DNA of 64,000 nucleotides from Selaginella moellendorffii (Eukaryota; Plantae; Lycopodiophyta): NCBI RefSeq assembly GCF_000143415.4, contig NW_003314263.1, positions 3,730,451 to 3,794,450 of the forward strand, read 5' to 3'. Shown piece by piece: positions 61,781 to 64,000 of this stretch (position 1 is its first letter; each line of letters starts with the position of its first letter). The notes under the pieces were generated by a model. It saw only the letters and a program-made list of their open reading frames with translations, ran no database searches and was not told where the DNA came from. The position numbers and the translations under genes were made by a program.

Positions 61781-62756
61781 AAATCCCACAGGTCATAAAA
61801 TATTCTTAGAATATTTCTCCTTCATGAATGACAATCTTGAGAACCTATATAGTTTTGCATAAAAGGAGTTTAATGCAATACAACCATGGAAAAAAGATGT
61901 GCAAATAGCAACATTAATATTGCAACAAAAGGTCAAAGCAATACAGATTTCTCACATGACAATACAATTATGAAAATAAAAGAATGAGAATATAACAAAC
62001 AACTCAAATTATATAACAATACGGCTTTAGAATTCAATTGTCCCCTTTCTTGGGAATATCATCTAAGTCATAACTAAAATTTGAAAACACTCTCTTCACA
62101 TTATCCTTAGGTTTTCTTCATAGTATTGTGGGCTTTAGATAATTTTGCAACATGTGAGAGATTTTGCTTACACTTTGGACTTGTTAGATAGTTTAAAGAT
62201 TCATTCAATGTTCCATGTGAGCAAATTTGAAGAGTGTTTACATTTTGGTAATGTCGTGGATTAGTTCATCATCTAGGTCTTAGATATTGATGCTAAAAAG
62301 GCTAGTGTAGCTAATATTTTTGCTCAAAAATTGCTGAAAACACATTAAAAGACAAGCTAAAAATTGTTTGTTTAGTGGAATGGATATTTTATAGATGAAG
62401 CTTTGTGGGAAACTAAAGATGACATAAAGAGAGTGTTTTCAAGTGTTAAATGACATTCCTCAAGAAGGGGAGAATTGAGTTTTATAGCTGTATTATTATA
62501 TGATTTGAGCCATTTATTTTATTCTCATTCTTTTATTTTTATGACTGTATTAATTTATTTCTTTTGTGGCTGTTTATTACAATGTTAGTATTGCTATTTG
62601 CACATCTTTTCTTCATGGTTGTATTGCCTTAAACTCCCTTCTATGAGGTTCATTTAACTTCTCAAGACTACTGTCCATGGTTAATTCATGAAGGAGAAAA
62701 GAATAATATAAACCACAAGAATATTCTGAAAATATTTTATAATCTGTGGGATTTAA
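61781..62756. repeat. AT-rich foldback / MITE-like element with ~340-bp inverted arms
   Basis: Arms ~61781-62117 and ~62409-62756, e.g. AAGATGTGCAAATAGCAA vs TTGCTATTTGCACATCTT and TTGAAAACACTCTCTT vs AAGAGAGTGTTTTCAA. Confidence 0.85.
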
Positions 62757-63245
62757 AGCTAGAATGCCTTTTAAAGGTTGGGAGGTTGTTATTTGGAAAT
62801 CCTTAATAAAATTGGTAAAATCTTTAACCTTTTTAACTTTAGTTAAACTTTAGTAATTTAGCATTTTTACTACATAATAACATTATCAAGAGTCTCTTCT
62901 TTTTTGTTATAGCCATCATCATTAATGATACATCAGGATCTATATCAAAGATCTACTAGATATAAATGAAGCAAACCTTAAGCTAACCTTTAATGAGGCA
63001 TAAAATAATCTCAAAATATTCCTGTGGTTTGTGTCCCAAGACAAACGACTGCTTGAGGACCATGGTTTGACCTCTCTGGATGCCTGATTTTTTCCAGACA
63101 ACCTTAGCTGGAGAAAAGGATTTCTTCCAACCACAAAAGCAGATGGGAATTAATTTGAATAAACTTAAAGATCGTGAAGGTATAGACTCAAAAGAGCACT
63201 TTCAGTCCTGTTTCATTCCAATGCCTCATATCACCATATGGCTGC

Positions 63246-63493
63246 AGATGTTAATATCAAATAAGTAACCTACCAAACAGAAGGCTACAGTGGAGACGAC
63301 CTGACAAACATCTGTCGAGATGCATCCATGAATGGCATGCGGCCAAAGATTGCTGCAAAGACAAGGGACGAGATAAAGAACATGAAAATGCGATGTGCGA
63401 TTTTGAGGAGGCACTGTCCAAGATCTCAAGAAGTGTACGAAGGTAGACATTGAAAGGCACGAGAAGTGGCTCACAGAGTTCGGTTCCGCCTAA
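63246..63493 (+). pseudogene. Katanin p60 (KTN1) last-exon fragment
   Basis: DVNIK*V...TEGYSGDDLTNICRDASMNGMR.KIA.KTRDEIKNM...AMCDFEEAL...DIERHEKWLTEFGSA*; internal stop and frameshifts. Confidence 0.88.
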
Positions 63494-63554
63494 GTTTGTC
63501 AACAGGAGCACCGTGAAAGCTACCAAGGTACGTTTTCACTCTCACAAGTTTCAT

Positions 63555-64000
63555 TCATTTGCTGCCTGCCAGGAACACGTATGTTACTGCATCTTGCTTG
63601 CCGAGTTGCTTGACCATCTTTGCAGCTAGTGCTCCGTTCTCATAGTTTCTGTGGCTCCTGCAGGCAGCAAGGAGGCATCGCCACTCGGACGCATCTGGCA
63701 TGTAAGGCATGCAGAGGATGAGATCTCGAGCATCAACCAAGCGTCCCGCCCGCCCGAGAACATCGATCATACACCAGTAGTGTTGCTTGGTGGGCCGGAT
63801 GCCAAAGTCCGAGATCATCGACATAAAGTTGGCTCTACACTCAGACACTTCCCCGGCGTGACTGAAAGCGAGCAGGACAGAGAGAAAGCAAGCCTCGTCT
63901 GGAACATCTACAAGCTTCATCACATGGAAGAAATGGAACGTGTTCCTCTCCCGGGCACAGAGGCTGAGCAAGACACTCCAGGAAACCAGACTCGGTGATG
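63555..64000 (-). CDS. PLS-E class PPR protein, 3' end (continues beyond the window)
   Basis: PDEACFLSVLLAFSHAG, PTKQHYWCMIDVLGRAGRL, MPYMPD..EW.CLLAAC..H (E domain). Confidence 0.8.
   Translation of the reverse strand, partial: SPSLVSWSVLLSLCARERNTFHFFHVMKLVDVPDEACFLSVLLAFSHAGEVSECRANFMSMISDFGIRPTKQHYWCMIDVLGRAGRLVDARDLILCMPYMPDASEWRCLLAACRSHRNYENGALAAKMVKQLGKQDAVTYVFLAGSK

Larger units (their letters stand above)
52900..61790. mobile_element. Field of degenerate, internally duplicated and inverted transposon-like relics
   Basis: Direct pairs 53130-53770/58205-58850, 54710-54990/59615-59895, 57100-57690/60170-60855. Inverted pairs 54235-54630/58875-59260, 55945-56555/60935-61545, 56830-57060/61575-61780. 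Stop-riddled frames; Ulp1-like ORF 54236-54583. Confidence 0.6.

Overview
Eukaryotic plant nuclear DNA that is gene-dense, with very short (~45-70 nt) introns and many PLS-type PPR fragments. This fits a compact lycophyte genome such as Selaginella (inference). Positions 1-37,100 are an ordinary gene-rich arm: acid phosphatase-like gene, catalase, RST1/focadhesin, a fungal-type 2OG-Fe(II) oxygenase-like gene, HAD-IB hydrolase, mitochondrial ATP synthase subunit f, tRNA-Gly(TCC), two WAK kinases, F-box/JmjC JMJ22, class I sHSP, DJ-1, alpha-galactosidase, pectin acetylesterase and a BCS1-like AAA ATPase. Positions 39,000-64,000 are a rearranged accessory zone. It holds a tandem 5-6.4 kb segmental duplication carrying two intact MED4 copies, long inverted repeats, captured gene fragments (EGY1, PPR, katanin) and shuffled transposon-like relics. 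The main finding is a spliced 289-aa ORF at 46486-47402 whose motif order and spacing match the alpha-hemolysin/leukocidin beta-barrel pore-forming toxin fold. It has no signal peptide and has three decayed paralogues arranged head-to-head around a TGACGT-rich repeat array. All homology calls are by eye against remembered family sequences; no searches were run.
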